Assembly (NCBI GenBank): GCA_043803405.1
Contig: JAZDKB010000019.1
Coordinates: forward strand, 320,001-384,000
DNA length: 64,000 nt
Direction of reading: 5' to 3'
Origin: Spirochaetota bacterium
GTDB taxonomy: Bacteria > Spirochaetota > UBA4802 > JAFGDQ01
Below the pieces are notes generated by a model. It saw nothing but the letters and a program-made list of their open reading frames with translations. It was not told the DNA's origin and made no database searches. The translations under genes were made by a program, and so were the position numbers. Positions 11,401-20,611 of this stretch are shown here, in pieces. Position 1 is the first letter of the stretch, and the number at the start of each line of letters is the position of its first letter.

Positions 11401-11710
11401 AGTAAATGTCCGTACCGTCCTGGAAGATAACGTACACATAAGAAAAGCCGAAATCGCTGTACCCGCGAATGGCCTTTACGCGGGGAGCGCCTAAAAGCGC
11501 GGATATAATCGGATAGGTGACCTGATCTTCAAGAATGTCAGGACTTCTGTCCCATTTCGTGTATACGATAACCTGTGTGTCTGAGAGATCCGGTATTGCG
11601 TCAAGGGGGATATTATACATGGAATAGACGGCATATGCAATCGCGGCTGCCATGAGCAATATTATCATTATTCTATTATGGGCGGAAAATGATATTATTT
11701 TTCTTATCAT
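8474..11710 (-). CDS. cusA: CusA/SilA-type Cu(I)/Ag(I) RND efflux permease
   Basis: 1078 aa; PLDAIPDLSDTQVIV, GSEFMPPLNEG, DPAPFSMMET and GAVKRIRPKIMT motifs. Confidence 0.95.
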   Translation of the reverse strand: MIRKIISFSAHNRIMIILLMAAAIAYAVYSMYNIPLDAIPDLSDTQVIVYTKWDRSPDILEDQVTYPIISALLGAPRVKAIRGYSDFGFSYVYVIFQDGTDIYWARSRVLEYLSKIQGNLPPGVKSELGPDATGVGWVFQYALVDKSGKHDLASLRSFQDWTLKYALQSVPGVSEVAGIGGFEKQYQVIVDPNRLHTYNLSLMNVIEAIKKNNNEAGGRLIEWSGKEFMVRAKGYVKSVDDLRKVPVKESKGTPVLLENVATITIGPQIRRGLAELNGLGDVTGGIVVIRHGENALNVIERIKAKIEDLKPSLPEGVEIKTVYDRSDLIQRSIDNLKEELIVEMVIVSLVILLFLWHFPSALVPIITIPISVALAFIPMYFFGISSNIMSLAGIAISIGVLVDGAIVEVENAYKKIELWIEGGRKGDFHEVRLEALMEVGPSVFFSLLVIAVAFLPVFTLVDQEGRLFTPLAWTKTLTIAIASLLAVTLDPAVRMLFARLEPFSLKPKWLASVATNLFVGKYYSEEKHPVSKILFRLYDAPCRWVLEHPKRVIAGAVLIVMISIPVYFKLGSEFMPPLNEGTVLYMPTTLPGISVTEARNLLIIQDKILKSFPEVDTVFGKAGRADTSTDPAPFSMMETTIHLKPQSEWREKKRWYSAWAPAPLAWLFRHVWPDKISYDELIALMDQSLQIPGNSNAWTMPIKGRIDMLTTGVRTPVGIKIFGSDLMEIQRLGSEIERVIKSVPGTRSVFSERVGGGFYVDLIPKREALARYGLNIDDFQEVVMSAIGGDTVSTTIEGRERYSINVRYPRSLRTQVDDLERVYITAMNGAQVPMREVADIKLTYGPSMIRDENGRLAGYVYVDIADRDVGSYVEEAKQMVKSGVKMPQGYTLTWSGQYENMQRVAERLKIVLPITILLIFVLLYMNTKSAFKAAVVMLAVPFSVVGAIWLMFGLGYHTSIAAWVGMIALMGLDAETGVFMLLFLDLSHDEAKKKGRLHTLVDLKEAIVHGAVKRIRPKIMTVMAATMGLMPIMWSMGTGADVMKRIAAPMVGGLFTSFIMELLVYPAIYLLWKKRELK

Positions 11711-11780
11711 TCTGGAAACCTATTTTATATTTATAACATGAATTTTTAACCTAACCACTCTATGTGTCATCTCTATGTCA

Positions 11781-11978
11781 TTTGAAGCTTCGAACAAGTT
11801 GTTTGAAGCTTCGCGCAACTCATTTGAAGCTTCGCGAGACTCATTTGAAGCTTCGCGTAACTTATTTGAAGCTTCGCGCAACTTATTTAAAGCTTCGTGC
11901 AACTCGTTTGAAGCTTCGCGAGACTCATTTGAAGCTTCGCGTAGCTCATTTGAAGCTTCGCGTAACTCGTTTGAAGCT
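11781..11978. repeat. Tandem array of nine full and one partial 21-bp units (consensus TTTGAAGCTTCGCGYAACTCA)
   Basis: Units start at 11781, 11802, 11823, 11844, 11865, 11886, 11907, 11928, 11949 and 11970. Most contain the palindrome GAAGCTTC. There are no spacers. Confidence 0.95.
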
Positions 11979-12078
11979 ATAAATCCGGCATTTTAAGTAA
12001 TAAATTCAATTATTTGAACAAAACTCCCCTGCAATTGCGTTAAACGTTGAATCGTATGAATACATATGTGCCGCTAAT

Positions 12079-12218
12079 GCCCCCTAACCCCCTGAGGGGG
12101 CATAATGAATTTCAGTCACATTGCTTTTCTGCTTCTGATCACTGTATAATTTAAATTCAACACTATGTCTTCCAGTTAAAACCATCCAAGCCGGTGCCCC
12201 CTCCGGGGGATAGGGGGC
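12079..12218. repeat. 24-bp inverted repeat pair (REP/REPIN-like) immediately downstream of cusB
   Basis: GCCCCCTAACCCCCTGAGGGGGCA (12079-12102) matches the reverse complement of 12195-12218 with 2 mismatches. Each arm has an internal CCCC/GGGG hairpin. Confidence 0.75.
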
Positions 12219-12221
12219 CAG

Positions 12222-13598
12222 TTAGTTCCCGCCCACAGCTGATTTTAATGCAGCTTTCAACGAAGATTCAGAGTCTATAAGAAAATTCGCTGAAGTGACA
12301 ACCAACTCACCCTTCTTTAATCCGGAGACGATCTCATAATAACCGTCGCTGGACCGGATGCCGAGTTTGACCTCGTAAGGCACGATCAAATCGCCCTTCC
12401 CTTTGATGAAAACATAATTTCGTTCGCCGGTCTGCATAACAGCCTGTTCGGGGACAGCTGTTCTTTTACCAATGTTGTATGACAGTTTCGCATCGCCGTA
12501 CATGTTCGGTTTGAGTACCAACTCAGAATTCGGGATTTCAATCCTGGCCTTAAGAACACGCGTTTCAGCATCCATAAAAGGATTGAGAAAGCTGACATAG
12601 CCTTTGAATGTTTTTCCCTGCCAGTATGACAGTGTCACTTCCACAGGCATCCCGACCCTGACATACGGAAGGTCTGTTTCATGAAGATCTATTTCTCCCC
12701 AGACCCTGGACAGGTCAACGATTACCATAAGCGCGTCGTTCATCATAATCCTCTGGCCCTGGAGTACCATCTTCTCTGTTACATATCCGGAAGACGGAGC
12801 GTAAAGCTTTACTGCACGCTCAATCCTTCCTGTTGTACTGAAATGCTCTATCTGTACGTCGGTTATATCCAGCAGCCTGAGTCTTTCCCGCGCCGCTTTT
12901 TCAATCTCATCCATGCTGTCCGACATATTATCACCGGAATCAGTCTTTAATTTTTGTTTTGCCTTTAATGCGGACAGATACTCCTGCTGCGCAGAAAGTA
13001 GCTCAGGACTGTATACCGATAATAACGGGCTTCCTTTCTTTACAAACTGCCCGGTCTGGTTCACATACAACTCCTCTACCCATCCGGTTACCTTCGTTGT
13101 CACTTTGAACTGCCGCGTTTCATCCGGAACTATCCTGGTCGAAGTGTGTATCTCCCTGCGTATGTTCCTGATTTTTATCTCCTCAAACGACAGCCCGATT
13201 ATTTCCCGCTTTTCCTTTGTTATGATAACCGGCGCCAGGCCGGAAGGCGTTTTAATATCTTCCTCCCTGCCGCCCACCTCAAAGGGAATCATGTCCATCC
13301 CCATAGAGTCTTTTCCCGGTTTGTCACTCACCTCATTCGGGTTCATGGAGGACTTGTACATTATTTTTTTTTCTTTGGATTTCTCCTCTTTTTTGATGGG
13401 TATAAGCTTCATGCCGCAGATAGGGCACTCACCCGGTTCGTCCCTGATAATCTGTGGATGCATGGCACATGTATAAAGCTGTTTTTCTTCTATCCCGGAG
13501 TGGTCTTTATGTGAATGAAATATATATGTGTAACTTAAATATCCGCCAAAAGCTATAAGTATGATAATTATTATAATAAATAGTTTGCGTCTTTTCAT
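12222..13598 (-). CDS. cusB: CusB-type RND periplasmic adaptor with N-terminal heavy-metal-binding motifs
   Basis: YTCAMHPQI...GECPICGMKL; SMNP...KDSMGMDM; YSPELLSAQQEYL; LKPNMY; FLIDSES. Confidence 0.92.
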   Translation of the reverse strand: MKRRKLFIIIIIILIAFGGYLSYTYIFHSHKDHSGIEEKQLYTCAMHPQIIRDEPGECPICGMKLIPIKKEEKSKEKKIMYKSSMNPNEVSDKPGKDSMGMDMIPFEVGGREEDIKTPSGLAPVIITKEKREIIGLSFEEIKIRNIRREIHTSTRIVPDETRQFKVTTKVTGWVEELYVNQTGQFVKKGSPLLSVYSPELLSAQQEYLSALKAKQKLKTDSGDNMSDSMDEIEKAARERLRLLDITDVQIEHFSTTGRIERAVKLYAPSSGYVTEKMVLQGQRIMMNDALMVIVDLSRVWGEIDLHETDLPYVRVGMPVEVTLSYWQGKTFKGYVSFLNPFMDAETRVLKARIEIPNSELVLKPNMYGDAKLSYNIGKRTAVPEQAVMQTGERNYVFIKGKGDLIVPYEVKLGIRSSDGYYEIVSGLKKGELVVTSANFLIDSESSLKAALKSAVGGN

Positions 13599-14839
13599 GG
13601 TAAGATCTCCTGCCCCAATAAAGCGTGCAGTTCTGAATATGACACGCTATATTCTTTCTTAGCCATCAGCAGCTCCTTGCGGTATCTGAGGAGCATCCTC
13701 ACGGAATCGATAACAGGCATGAATTCAACCGAACTTGTGCGGTATCTTGATAGTGTTGTTTCAAGTCCAAGCTCAGTCTGCGGAATAAGTTTGTCTTTAT
13801 ATAGTTTGTATAGATCTTTCCATTTAACCAGCTGGCTGATCAGTATTTCTGTACGGGCTTTCATGTCGTTTAATTTATCCTGGTATATGTTCTTTGCCGA
13901 CTCATGTTTTTTCCCCATTTCGTCCACCATGTTCATGTTTTTTTTCCATGACCAGACCGGGATATTGAACGTTATCATTCCGGTCACCATATCATCCCGC
14001 TTCATACCATCGGGACTGTTCTGCCTTTGCATGTATGAAACTCCGATATCCACATCCGGGATATATTCCGATTTTTTAAGGGATATTTCATTCCTGCTTA
14101 TTTCCGTGTCTATCAGCAGCATTTTAAGCTGAGGATTCGAAACTGCGATTTCTTTATTTACTGCTTCAACCGATATATCTTTGAAATCCGGTTCCGGCAG
14201 TTTATCAATATTTATTTCAACTTTTTTCCCTGTAAGATAATTTATTTTCTGTTCGAATTCCTTTCTTTTTTGTATCATTGAGATTATTTCCTCGTCTGCC
14301 ATATCATACTCGGTTTTTGCTTTGATTACATTGGAAAGGCTTCCCATCCCGGATTTGCTCGCTGCGATTTCGCTGTCTACTACAAGTTTGATCTGCTTTT
14401 TAATATCTTCTATGAACTGAATTGACGAGCGTGTATAAATAATTTCATAAATATACATTCGCAGCATATAAAGGGTCTCTACTTTTTCAGCTTTGAGTCT
14501 TGCAGCTGCTTTTTCATATTCTTTTTCTGCTATGCTCTTTCTATAACCTAACTTGCCGAGAGGTATCATCTGGGATATTCCGATTTCCTTGGATGTCATA
14601 TCCTCCTCAGTGAAAGAAAAAGAGCTGACAGGGAGATTGTTGACTCCAAGTTTCAGTTTTGGATCTTCAAGGGCATTGCTCTGCGGGATTCGCTTTCTCA
14701 TCATCTGAGTTTCGGATTCCATTGCTTTAATACGGGGATTTTCAGCAAGAGCTGTCTTTTGAAGCTCTTCAAAAGACAGTGTCTGGCCGTAAGCCGGATA
14801 GGATAGCCCGACTAAAATTATTAAAAATATTTTTTTCAT
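13595..14839 (-). CDS. TolC-family outer-membrane efflux channel (CusC-like)
   Basis: Start MKKIFLIILVG at 14839; OEP-like helical repeats; stop overlaps the cusB start (ATGA). Confidence 0.85.
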   Translation of the reverse strand: MKKIFLIILVGLSYPAYGQTLSFEELQKTALAENPRIKAMESETQMMRKRIPQSNALEDPKLKLGVNNLPVSSFSFTEEDMTSKEIGISQMIPLGKLGYRKSIAEKEYEKAAARLKAEKVETLYMLRMYIYEIIYTRSSIQFIEDIKKQIKLVVDSEIAASKSGMGSLSNVIKAKTEYDMADEEIISMIQKRKEFEQKINYLTGKKVEINIDKLPEPDFKDISVEAVNKEIAVSNPQLKMLLIDTEISRNEISLKKSEYIPDVDIGVSYMQRQNSPDGMKRDDMVTGMITFNIPVWSWKKNMNMVDEMGKKHESAKNIYQDKLNDMKARTEILISQLVKWKDLYKLYKDKLIPQTELGLETTLSRYRTSSVEFMPVIDSVRMLLRYRKELLMAKKEYSVSYSELHALLGQEILP

Positions 14840-15412
14840 AAAATTTTCTGCCCTGAGTACCGGTATATTTCCGGCAAAAAAAATGCCGGTCACTTACTAA
14901 CAAATAATGCAGCGAATGGTAATTTTTACATGAATAAACTGCGCTTAAATTATTTCTACTCGCGTATATTAGATTTATCCATTTTGATTGTATTGTTTGC
15001 AGATATATAAGATTTGGATTTTTATTAAAGCAGGCTTTATTTGTCAGGCTTTCCAAATTCAAAAACTGAATACAGTTACATCCAAAAAAACATAATCAGC
15101 ATTTGAAAAATGAATTATAAAATCTTTTAAACTATATCTATGAAATGTAAAAAAGTCAAATTCGAAATTATTCTTTCGAATAAAATGTTTCTGTTTTTAA
15201 TAAATTAAAATTAAGTTGCTTATGAAACAATTACTTCCCGGTTTATTTTTAAAAAATGCAGGAAATATTAAGTGACTTTTTGAAACCCTCCTATTAATAT
15301 TCTTATCAATCATATTTATTATTTATTCATTTATCACAAATTAATTTCTTTATCTTTAATTTTAAAAATAAATCCCGTCAAAATGGAAAAACAAAAAACA
15401 AAGGAAATCAAA

Positions 15413-16147
15413 ATGTTCTCTTATCAGGTCTGCGGCAAAACAAACAAAGGGCTGGTCAGGAATATAAATGAGGATTACTTTTTGTCGGATGTCGAAACCG
15501 GGGTTTTCATAGTTGCTGACGGAGTCGGAGGCAGCCAGGGCGGGGATGTCGCAAGCCGGGTTGCTGCCGAAAGCATTCTAGGATCCCTTGTTGCCATGCA
15601 TAACAAAGGCGAAAATAATATTGATGATGAATTAATAGACAGCCTGGTTGACAAAGCACAGGAAGAAATATTTAAATTTTCCGCTACGGATCCTTCACTA
15701 AAAGGAATGAGCACTACGGTTGTTTTCGCGGTAACACAGGACTCAGGGATCTGGATTGCCAATATAGGTGATTCGCGTGCTTATCTTGTCCGGCACCATA
15801 AAATAGAATTGCTTACAAAAGATCATTCCGTGGTCGCCAAATGGGTTGAAGAAGGAATTATAACAGAAGAGGAAGCCAGGGTGCATCCCTTACGTAATGT
15901 CATTACGCAATCTATAGGTTTAGACCTGAGAGAAGGCTGTTATAAAAGAAAATATAAGATATATAATAAGGATATATTTATTTTATGTTCTGACGGGTTG
16001 TGGAACATGCTGAAAGACGACCGGATCAAAGATATATGTCTTGGCTCCGACGATGTAGCAACAATATGCGAAAATCTTATTTATTCAGCAAACACAGCCG
16101 GAGGCCATGATAATATAACTGTAATAGTGATAAAAGTTGTTAAATAG
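15413..16147 (+). CDS. PP2C/Stp1-family Ser/Thr protein phosphatase
   Basis: G.VRNINED, VADGVGG, NIGDSRAY, LTKDHS, LCSDGL and GGHDNIT motifs. An alternative start lies at 15383. Confidence 0.93.
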   Translation: MFSYQVCGKTNKGLVRNINEDYFLSDVETGVFIVADGVGGSQGGDVASRVAAESILGSLVAMHNKGENNIDDELIDSLVDKAQEEIFKFSATDPSLKGMSTTVVFAVTQDSGIWIANIGDSRAYLVRHHKIELLTKDHSVVAKWVEEGIITEEEARVHPLRNVITQSIGLDLREGCYKRKYKIYNKDIFILCSDGLWNMLKDDRIKDICLGSDDVATICENLIYSANTAGGHDNITVIVIKVVK

Positions 16148-16185
16148 ATTTTATAAATTCAACAGGGAAGTAAATGGATATCGGA

Positions 16186-17991
16186 TTACTCCAGCCCTGA
16201 AATATGCAAATCTTTGTCAAAAGTAACAACAATGTCATATGATATTGTTGTTTTCTGGTTCGGTTTCATTGTAAGAACTATCCTTCTCTGTCCCTGACTG
16301 TAACCTGTGTCTTCAGCATTTTCAGCTGGAAGGAAAGGAGCGGACAGGTTTTTAATTTCCACTTCGATCTTCTCGTTTTGAGATACAGGGATTCTGTCGC
16401 GAAGAAGTACCTTTGTTTCAGTCTTGATATTGTTTTCTACTTTCAGCTGATATGAATAAACAATCCGCCGTTTTCCGCCGAATACTCCGGCAGCGTCCTC
16501 GTATTTTTTTACCAGTTCCTTCTGAGCTGTAATACGCGGTTCCATTCCGAGAACAAGAGTATCCTTTTTACCTGCCGGAATATATGGAAGCGTTACTTTG
16601 CCCATATATTCGTTATCAAGAAATACCTGTGTCTCACCGGTAAGCCACGGGATCTCGGATGTATTGGTGACTTCCGCGGTGATAAATGCTTCGCATGACT
16701 GCCATGAATAAAGTTCGAATTTAAATTCGAGCGATTTACCCGGAACAAAATTATACTCTTTGATAAATTTTTTCTGGCTGCTGTTCGTTGACGAAAGATT
16801 CTGTTTGAGCGGAAGCTCCAGTTCGATGTACGCTCCTTTCTCCGTTATCTGGGTAAGCGGAATCTCTGCCGGCTCCGAATCCTTTGCTTTTTGCGGAGGC
16901 GAGGCCGGTGCGGCTTTCCTTGCAAATTTTTCTTCTTTTATCGAATCAGACATGCTTTCTGCCGCGCCATACGAAGGACTATAAATCGAGAGATACCATG
17001 GAGCGAAATAGGGTGATATAAGCGCATTGGACGGCGCACCGGTGGAGAGAAGCAATTTGATATTTTCCCAGTCTTCTCCTGTTTTCTGAAAGATGCTTCC
17101 ATATACCGAGAGACTCAACTTACCATTTTCCCTGTCTGCACGAACATCATATGCCATGTCCCATCGTGTGTTGGGAATGAGGTAACTGAATTCGATTTTA
17201 GTTTCTACATCGCGTGCTGAAAACATGTTAAGAACGATACGCTTTTCAATATCGGTCCCGGCCGCAGGTTTTTTAAGATACGCGACCTGCTGTGCGTAAA
17301 ATGCGTTTGATTCGGCATATTGCTGTATTTCCATGCCCGATCTGTTCTTAACCTGCGCTTTATTGAGAACCTGGTAGTTCGAGTAGTAACTTTGTCCGGC
17401 AATCTGCGCCAGTTCGAATTCCCATTTCTGGATTTCTTTTCCCAGATCTTCCCTGGCAGTTTCAATCCTTCTTCTCGTTGTGACTATAGAATTATTTTTA
17501 TGTGAACAGTAAGAAAGAGTGTCCTCCCAGACCTTAACCTGGGGAATCCGGGTCGCGAGTTCTTTTGAGATATTTGTTTCAGTGAAACTTAATATCGACT
17601 TAACGAATTTTTCCTGCGTGTTGAGTGAAGAGAGATCATCTATATAATCCTGATCTTTCTGGCGAAGTTTCTTCAGCTTATCTTCAATATCCTGAACTTT
17701 TTTCTGGAACCGTTCAACAAGCATTTTCTGTTCGACTTTAACTGACATTATTTTTCCGTCGTAATCTTTGGGCAAGGAGCTTTTAATCGACCAGTCATGC
17801 AATGTTTTAGGGAGACCGGTCATTACGATCTGGTTATCTCCTTTTTTAACTTTCACAAGTGCAGTCCGGGTTACGAGAGCCTGGTTCTGATATACCTTGA
17901 CTGACTGTATGGTGCTTGAATATTCATTATCGGCTGCAGAACATATCTCTGCAGATAAAATGATCAGTGCAAATATAATAATATATTTCAT
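16186..17991 (-). CDS. DUF4139/DUF4140 (MuiA-like) family protein
   Basis: Signal peptide; IQSVKVYQNQALVTR, a coiled coil, QKTGEDWENIKLLLST and DRIPVSQNEKIEV. Confidence 0.85.
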   Translation of the reverse strand: MKYIIIFALIILSAEICSAADNEYSSTIQSVKVYQNQALVTRTALVKVKKGDNQIVMTGLPKTLHDWSIKSSLPKDYDGKIMSVKVEQKMLVERFQKKVQDIEDKLKKLRQKDQDYIDDLSSLNTQEKFVKSILSFTETNISKELATRIPQVKVWEDTLSYCSHKNNSIVTTRRRIETAREDLGKEIQKWEFELAQIAGQSYYSNYQVLNKAQVKNRSGMEIQQYAESNAFYAQQVAYLKKPAAGTDIEKRIVLNMFSARDVETKIEFSYLIPNTRWDMAYDVRADRENGKLSLSVYGSIFQKTGEDWENIKLLLSTGAPSNALISPYFAPWYLSIYSPSYGAAESMSDSIKEEKFARKAAPASPPQKAKDSEPAEIPLTQITEKGAYIELELPLKQNLSSTNSSQKKFIKEYNFVPGKSLEFKFELYSWQSCEAFITAEVTNTSEIPWLTGETQVFLDNEYMGKVTLPYIPAGKKDTLVLGMEPRITAQKELVKKYEDAAGVFGGKRRIVYSYQLKVENNIKTETKVLLRDRIPVSQNEKIEVEIKNLSAPFLPAENAEDTGYSQGQRRIVLTMKPNQKTTISYDIVVTFDKDLHISGLE

Positions 17992-18161
17992 GACATGCCT
18001 CTTGGTCTGACCTGGTTACGGGAAATACTATGTGTGATGCAATTTACATAAACGTTTTTTTGTTCAAAGTCAATTGTTTTTTCAGTTGCTCCCTGCTGCT
18101 CCCGGTGTAGAATTATATATTATTCGGACTTTTCAAGTCTTCGTTATTTCGGTTAATGGAA

Positions 18162-18257
18162 TGTCATTTCGAACCCTGCGCATCCCGAACGAAGTCGGAG
18201 GAAAGCAGGGTGAGAAATCTACTTTACTTGAGATTTTTCCCTTCGGTCAGAATGACA
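18162..18257. repeat. Palindromic REP-like element (GTCATTTCGAAC...GAGAAATCT / AGATTTTTC...GAATGAC family), copy 1
   Basis: Terminal TGTCATT/AATGACA inverted repeat and an internal AAATCT/AGATTT stem; a related copy lies at 21381. Confidence 0.7.
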
Positions 18258-18473
18258 CTATTTATTATTAATATATCAGTTGTTAATTCGCAGTTCTACT
18301 ATTAGGACATCCCCTTAAAATTGATAATTATTGTCGCGGTATATGCATTTAAACAGGTTTTGAGATGCACTCTATTTAATTTTTTTATAGACATGTAAAA
18401 TAATATATCTATAGTTTTGAAATTCGCCTAAGCATTAGCAGGTTATAATTAAAAATTCCAAGGAGGATCTTAT

Positions 18474-19133
18474 ATGATTTTTAAATTTAAAAGGTCATTT
18501 TTATTTTTAACAGCTCTCTCTCTTTTCGTTTTTTCAATCGGATGTTCAACACTGGAAGTAAGCGTTCAGAAGGCATCACCCAAACTTCAGAAAGATGCAA
18601 AAATAGCATATTTTAAAACCCCGTTTTGCGATATGGATTTACCGATTTTTCCTTTAATTGATGCAGGTATATTAAGAAGCAAAATAAATGATAATATTTC
18701 CAAATTTAAGGAAGCTGATAAAACCTCTGAAGGCAAAATGGCAGATTTTGCCATAAAATGCATTAAGGAAAAAATCGGAAATCAGTCAGTCATTACAGGA
18801 ACCCCTATTGATGCGAATGATTTTAATATTATGGATAATATCAATTCAAAGATCGAAGCAAAAATTGCCGAAGAATGTCAAAAGGCCAATGCTGCGTATG
18901 CCTATATTCCGATTAGTAGAATGAAAGTAAAAAATGTTTATAATTACGTTGGAGGAATAACATACTTTGAGACAAAGATTTATGTCTGCGATAAGAACGG
19001 AAAAATAATCGGCCAGGGATATGTTTCAACTGAGGCTTTATTAATGTATTCTGATGATTTAAATACATATCAGCTCCTCATTAAAAACAGCGAACCGCTT
19101 ATAAAGCAGCTTATAGGCCAGATGTTTCAGTAA
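18474..19133 (+). CDS. Hypothetical lipoprotein
   Basis: AGGAGG RBS; hydrophobic leader ending in the lipobox-like SIGC. Confidence 0.75.
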   Translation: MIFKFKRSFLFLTALSLFVFSIGCSTLEVSVQKASPKLQKDAKIAYFKTPFCDMDLPIFPLIDAGILRSKINDNISKFKEADKTSEGKMADFAIKCIKEKIGNQSVITGTPIDANDFNIMDNINSKIEAKIAEECQKANAAYAYIPISRMKVKNVYNYVGGITYFETKIYVCDKNGKIIGQGYVSTEALLMYSDDLNTYQLLIKNSEPLIKQLIGQMFQ

Positions 19134-19167
19134 GATAGTTAACACAAAATTTTAATAAACAAATAAG

Positions 19168-19203
19168 CAAGACCTGCTTTTAATCGGCAGGTCTTGTAAT
19201 TTC
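19168..19203 (+). terminator. Probable intrinsic terminator hairpin
   Basis: 10-bp stem CAAGACCTGC/GCAGGTCTTG about 35 bp after the stop at 19133, followed by a weak T-rich tail. Confidence 0.5.
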
Positions 19204-19233
19204 AGTGACATCCTTTATATAAAATTGCGGATT

Positions 19234-19674
19234 ATGACAGTTAAACTTATATTTTTATTTATAATAATAGCTTTTTCGTTTTCATTCAATTGCAGTGAAG
19301 ATAAAGAAACGCACAAAGCGGTTGTTTCTTTTCAAATACAGAAAGAGAAGGAAATAAGCGAAAAGGATGCGGCATTGTATGCCGGTGAATATGACAAAAT
19401 ACAAAATTCTATGGAAAATATTATTAAAAATAATTTCAATAGTCCGGATAAAGCGGCAGAACTATTGATAAATCTCACAAAAAAGTCCGTTGTTTTAGGA
19501 AGGGAAATTTCGAATTGTTCTCAAAAAAGCAATAACAGAATACTTAAGCATTTAAAGAAAAAAGCAATCGATGATGATGTGTTGAAGAAAACAATGAAGA
19601 TGTACAATGAAAATAAAAAATTTGCAAAAGCATATAACAGCTTTGTGCAGTCATTCAGCAGAAGCGCCGAGTAG
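19234..19674 (+). CDS. Hypothetical lipoprotein
   Basis: Leader MTVKLIFLFIIIAFSFSFNC, a spirochaete-style lipobox. Confidence 0.65.
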   Translation: MTVKLIFLFIIIAFSFSFNCSEDKETHKAVVSFQIQKEKEISEKDAALYAGEYDKIQNSMENIIKNNFNSPDKAAELLINLTKKSVVLGREISNCSQKSNNRILKHLKKKAIDDDVLKKTMKMYNENKKFAKAYNSFVQSFSRSAE

Positions 19675-19694
19675 GTATCTCTTCAGTATCCACG

Positions 19695-20234
19695 TTAGCG
19701 GTGATGGCGATGCCTGTAATACGGGTAACTCCGGTACGGGTAACCCCACCACGGATCATAAAAGGGATATGGCGTATCATAAAAGTATGTGTCTCTCCAC
19801 AGGTAAATCTCTTTGCTTAGAACAACCGGATACCTGTAACCGACCTCTCCGATTTGTCTGATCTCTTCGCCAAGGATCTCACCGCCGACTGTAATTTTTC
19901 TGCCCTTTCTATAAGCGTACGGATCGAGAAATTTATCGGATTTAATCAGGAACCTCCCTTCCGATTCAGATGATAGATCGGGTGCGTCGTTTAAATCGAG
20001 CGGCTTCTGGTATACCTCAAGCAGGCTTGTGCCGTCCTGTTTGTTTACGCATTCAATGATCTCGCCGCCCCATACTACGGTCCGACCCTTGTGGGAACCG
20101 GCATCTCTGGCAATATCAAGAAAAGAAAGGGAAGGATTTGTTCTGGATTTAATTTCCTGCGAAATTACTGTAGCGCATCCGAAAGGAAATGCAAAGATTA
20201 TTATGATAAAGCTATATTTAAGTAAATTCTGCAT
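19695..20234 (-). CDS. Slp-family outer-membrane lipoprotein
   Basis: FGC lipobox; VVWGGEII, EGRFL, FLDP..Y.KGRKITVGG and YRYPVV motifs. Confidence 0.88.
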   Translation of the reverse strand: MQNLLKYSFIIIIFAFPFGCATVISQEIKSRTNPSLSFLDIARDAGSHKGRTVVWGGEIIECVNKQDGTSLLEVYQKPLDLNDAPDLSSESEGRFLIKSDKFLDPYAYRKGRKITVGGEILGEEIRQIGEVGYRYPVVLSKEIYLWRDTYFYDTPYPFYDPWWGYPYRSYPYYRHRHHR

Positions 20235-20310
20235 TACAAATACCCCGGCATGTTAAAGATATATGTATGATAAAAACTTTTTAATAAAATCATATTTAAT
20301 CTCTTAGGGT

Positions 20311-20500
20311 TAAATTCCCCGCAGCTATGCTGTGAGGAGGATTCAATATGCGTGTCCTGTAACCTCTATAACGCAACAAACGAATTTAGTACAGCTTTTT
20401 ATTTCAACGCCTTGAAACATAATATCCCGCAGATACTGTCAGGGGTATGTCCAATGTCATTACCTTAATGACATTGGGGGCTTGCCACTGGGAATTTTAT
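20311..20500. mobile_element. Degenerate non-autonomous hairpin element (IS200/IS605-end-like)
   Basis: Ends are AATTCCCCGCAGC... and ...GGCTTGCCACTGGGAATT. There is a perfect internal 12-bp stem CCAATGTCATTA/TAATGACATTGG (20451-20477). Related to 23607-23680. Confidence 0.45.
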
Positions 20501-20611
20501 TTGAATTAGATGAGCTTTCTAAAACCGCAAAAAATCCAATTGACTTTTTAAATTCCTTTTATCAATATTTCTCCCAATCAATCTTAATACTTTATTTTAC
20601 AGGAGTATCAC

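Noticed and set aside
11781..11978. CRISPR array
   Set aside because: Units are head-to-tail 21-mers with no unique spacers, and there are no cas genes in the window.
14769..15062. 97-aa ORF upstream of the TolC gene
   Set aside because: It overlaps the TolC start, has no RBS or motif, and lies in AT-rich promoter-like DNA.
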